From positions 1 to 54,932 of IMG/VR virus record IMGVR_UViG_2939147180_000006: a stretch of 54,932 nucleotides of DNA. The stretch is one strand, 5' to 3'. The stretch is from a virus (taxonomy: Duplodnaviria; Heunggongvirae; Uroviricota; Caudoviricetes). The translations under genes and the position numbers were made by a program. Shown here piece by piece: positions 53,740-54,932 of this stretch (its first letter is position 1; each line of letters starts with the position of its first letter). The notes beneath the pieces are model-generated. The model was given only the letters and a program-made list of their open reading frames with translations, was not told the origin of the DNA and searched no databases.

Positions 53740-54896
53740 TAATCAGCCAGTTTATTCATCGCCTCGATTTGCTCCCTCACATAATCATACTGATCATATA
53801 TAGCCATCATTCCCGCCAGTTTATGACCTAAGACCTTTTCGGCTACGTGCGGCGCAATGCCAAGCGCTGAAAGGTTTGTCCTTACAGTGCGGCGTAGATC
53901 GTGACACGACCACGGCTCGCCGCCCATCCTTAGCATCAAATCCCTTGCGGCTGTTTTCGGTACGCTCCTGTCCACCGCTTCATCCCTTCCAGAAAGCACT
54001 GGAACGAAGATAAAATTAAAGCCGTGCAAATCCATAGCTTCACGCAATAAATCAACGCTAACGGCGGATAAACCGCGTTTAAACTCATTTCTGTTCTTAC
54101 TCAATGCGCCAGGCACGGTCCACACGCAGTTATCAAGATCGAAATGTTCGCGCCTTGAGTTTGTCAGTTCGCTTGTTCTGCATCCGGTGAATATAATCAG
54201 CTTCATCAATATCTGGTTCAGTCGCGCCATTTTTGAACTGTCTATAAGGCTGATTAGATGGTGAATCTCTTGTATTGACAAAACGCGTTTCCTTTGCGCA
54301 GGGTTTTTGCCTACGTCTTTCACGCGTAGCAATGATATGTCGTCACGCTCCACGCGGCGGCGTCGCATGGCATATTTTATCACCGCCTTCATCCTGTTTA
54401 AGACTATCCCTGCCTGAACGGGCGCGCCACCATTAGCTACCTTTCTAAAAATCCCCTCCCACATTATGGAGTCCATATCATCGACGATATAGCTACCGCA
54501 TGGTCTGACAATATGCTTACTTAGCATCGCCTCGACTTGCTTATAGTTGACCATGTTTCTTGCCTGCGGTGATTCCATATACTCCCTTACAATATCCTCA
54601 ACCGTTGCCCGTGTCGTAACGCGGGAAATGTGCATTCTTTTTGCTACCGATGGATCTCGACCTGAGTTTAGCACTTCCTTATGCTCCGCCACCGCCGCCC
54701 GCGCTTCTTTGAGTGTTATTTCTCCGTATGTGCCGATCTTCATCCGTCGAGGCTTGCCGTTGAATCGGTAGCGATACTGGAAAGATATAACTCCGCGCGG
54801 GCTTATCCTGGCAGACAATCCGCCCGCGTCCGGTACTTCTTCCGGGCCGTCGTATGGCTTGCCGTGGATGTTTCTTAATTTGGTATCTGTAAGCAT
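53697..54896 (-). CDS. int: Tyrosine integrase (P4-like, DUF4102-type arm-binding N-terminus)
   Basis: Typical start MLTDTKLRN at 54896 (ORF is open to 54932); catalytic-domain segments incl. HDLRRT and LGH...Y; N-terminal arm-binding domain. Confidence 0.85.
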   Translation of the reverse strand: MLTDTKLRNIHGKPYDGPEEVPDAGGLSARISPRGVISFQYRYRFNGKPRRMKIGTYGEITLKEARAAVAEHKEVLNSGRDPSVAKRMHISRVTTRATVEDIVREYMESPQARNMVNYKQVEAMLSKHIVRPCGSYIVDDMDSIMWEGIFRKVANGGAPVQAGIVLNRMKAVIKYAMRRRRVERDDISLLRVKDVGKNPAQRKRVLSIQEIHHLISLIDSSKMARLNQILMKLIIFTGCRTSELTNSRREHFDLDNCVWTVPGALSKNRNEFKRGLSAVSVDLLREAMDLHGFNFIFVPVLSGRDEAVDRSVPKTAARDLMLRMGGEPWSCHDLRRTVRTNLSALGIAPHVAEKVLGHKLAGMMAIYDQYDYVREQIEAMNKLADYYMKPIDLQNEMTS

Positions 54897-54920
54897 AATT
54901 TGGTCACTATTTGGTACACA
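54897..54920. repeat. 24-bp direct repeat copy (aatttggtcactatttggtacaca), partner of 69..92; a third partial copy sits at 54878..54888
   Basis: Read directly; immediately upstream of the probable integrase start. Confidence 0.4.
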
Positions 54921-54932
54921 CATTCTACGCAT

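Larger units (their letters stand above)
1..54932. mobile_element. Temperate lambdoid (siphovirus-type) phage / prophage genome, mosaic of P22-like early region, phage-21-like lysis cassette and lambda-like tail module
   Basis: Full complement of integrase, repressor, replication, nin, lysis, terminase, head and tail genes in phage-typical order; gene-dense, short overlaps. Confidence 0.85.

Noticed and set aside
1-54932. tRNA, rRNA or other structured RNA genes
   Set aside because: No region with recognisable tRNA cloverleaf hallmarks was noticed on reading; nearly all sequence is protein-coding. A dedicated tRNA scan was not possible, so absence is not proven.

Overview
The window reads as a near-complete temperate lambdoid siphovirus-type phage or prophage of about 55 kb, probably from an enterobacterial host. 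All calls rest on reading the sequence and the six-frame ORF track against remembered protein families; no database search was run. Minus strand, right to left: a P22-like immunity and early-left arm (LexA/S24-type repressor, gene-24/N-like protein, Erf, SSB), about 20 small ORFs, Dam-like and C5-like DNA methyltransferases, NinG, RusA and a Q-like Cys-rich protein. A further ~5 kb island of about 20 small ORFs follows, then a phage-21-type lysis cassette (pinholin, SAR endolysin, Rz/Rz1), terminase, portal, MuF-like protein, scaffold, capsid, head-tail genes, a lambda-like tail (V-position major tail, H, M, L, K, I, J) and a distal tail fiber with a peptidase-S74 chaperone. Plus strand: a replication operon (wHTH protein, replisome organiser, Bro-N/KilAC antirepressor, an HTH-metallophosphoesterase fusion, DnaB helicase), NinB and an AlpA/Xis-like gene converging on a P4-type tyrosine integrase at the window end. 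The most notable accessory content is three opposite-strand moron operons inside the tail module, a tandem array of seven tiny hydrophobic peptides beside an HExxH protein, the HTH-phosphoesterase fusion, and a recurrent inverted-repeat motif paired with two perfect CRP-consensus palindromes in intergenic regions. No CRISPR array, rRNA or tRNA was recognised.
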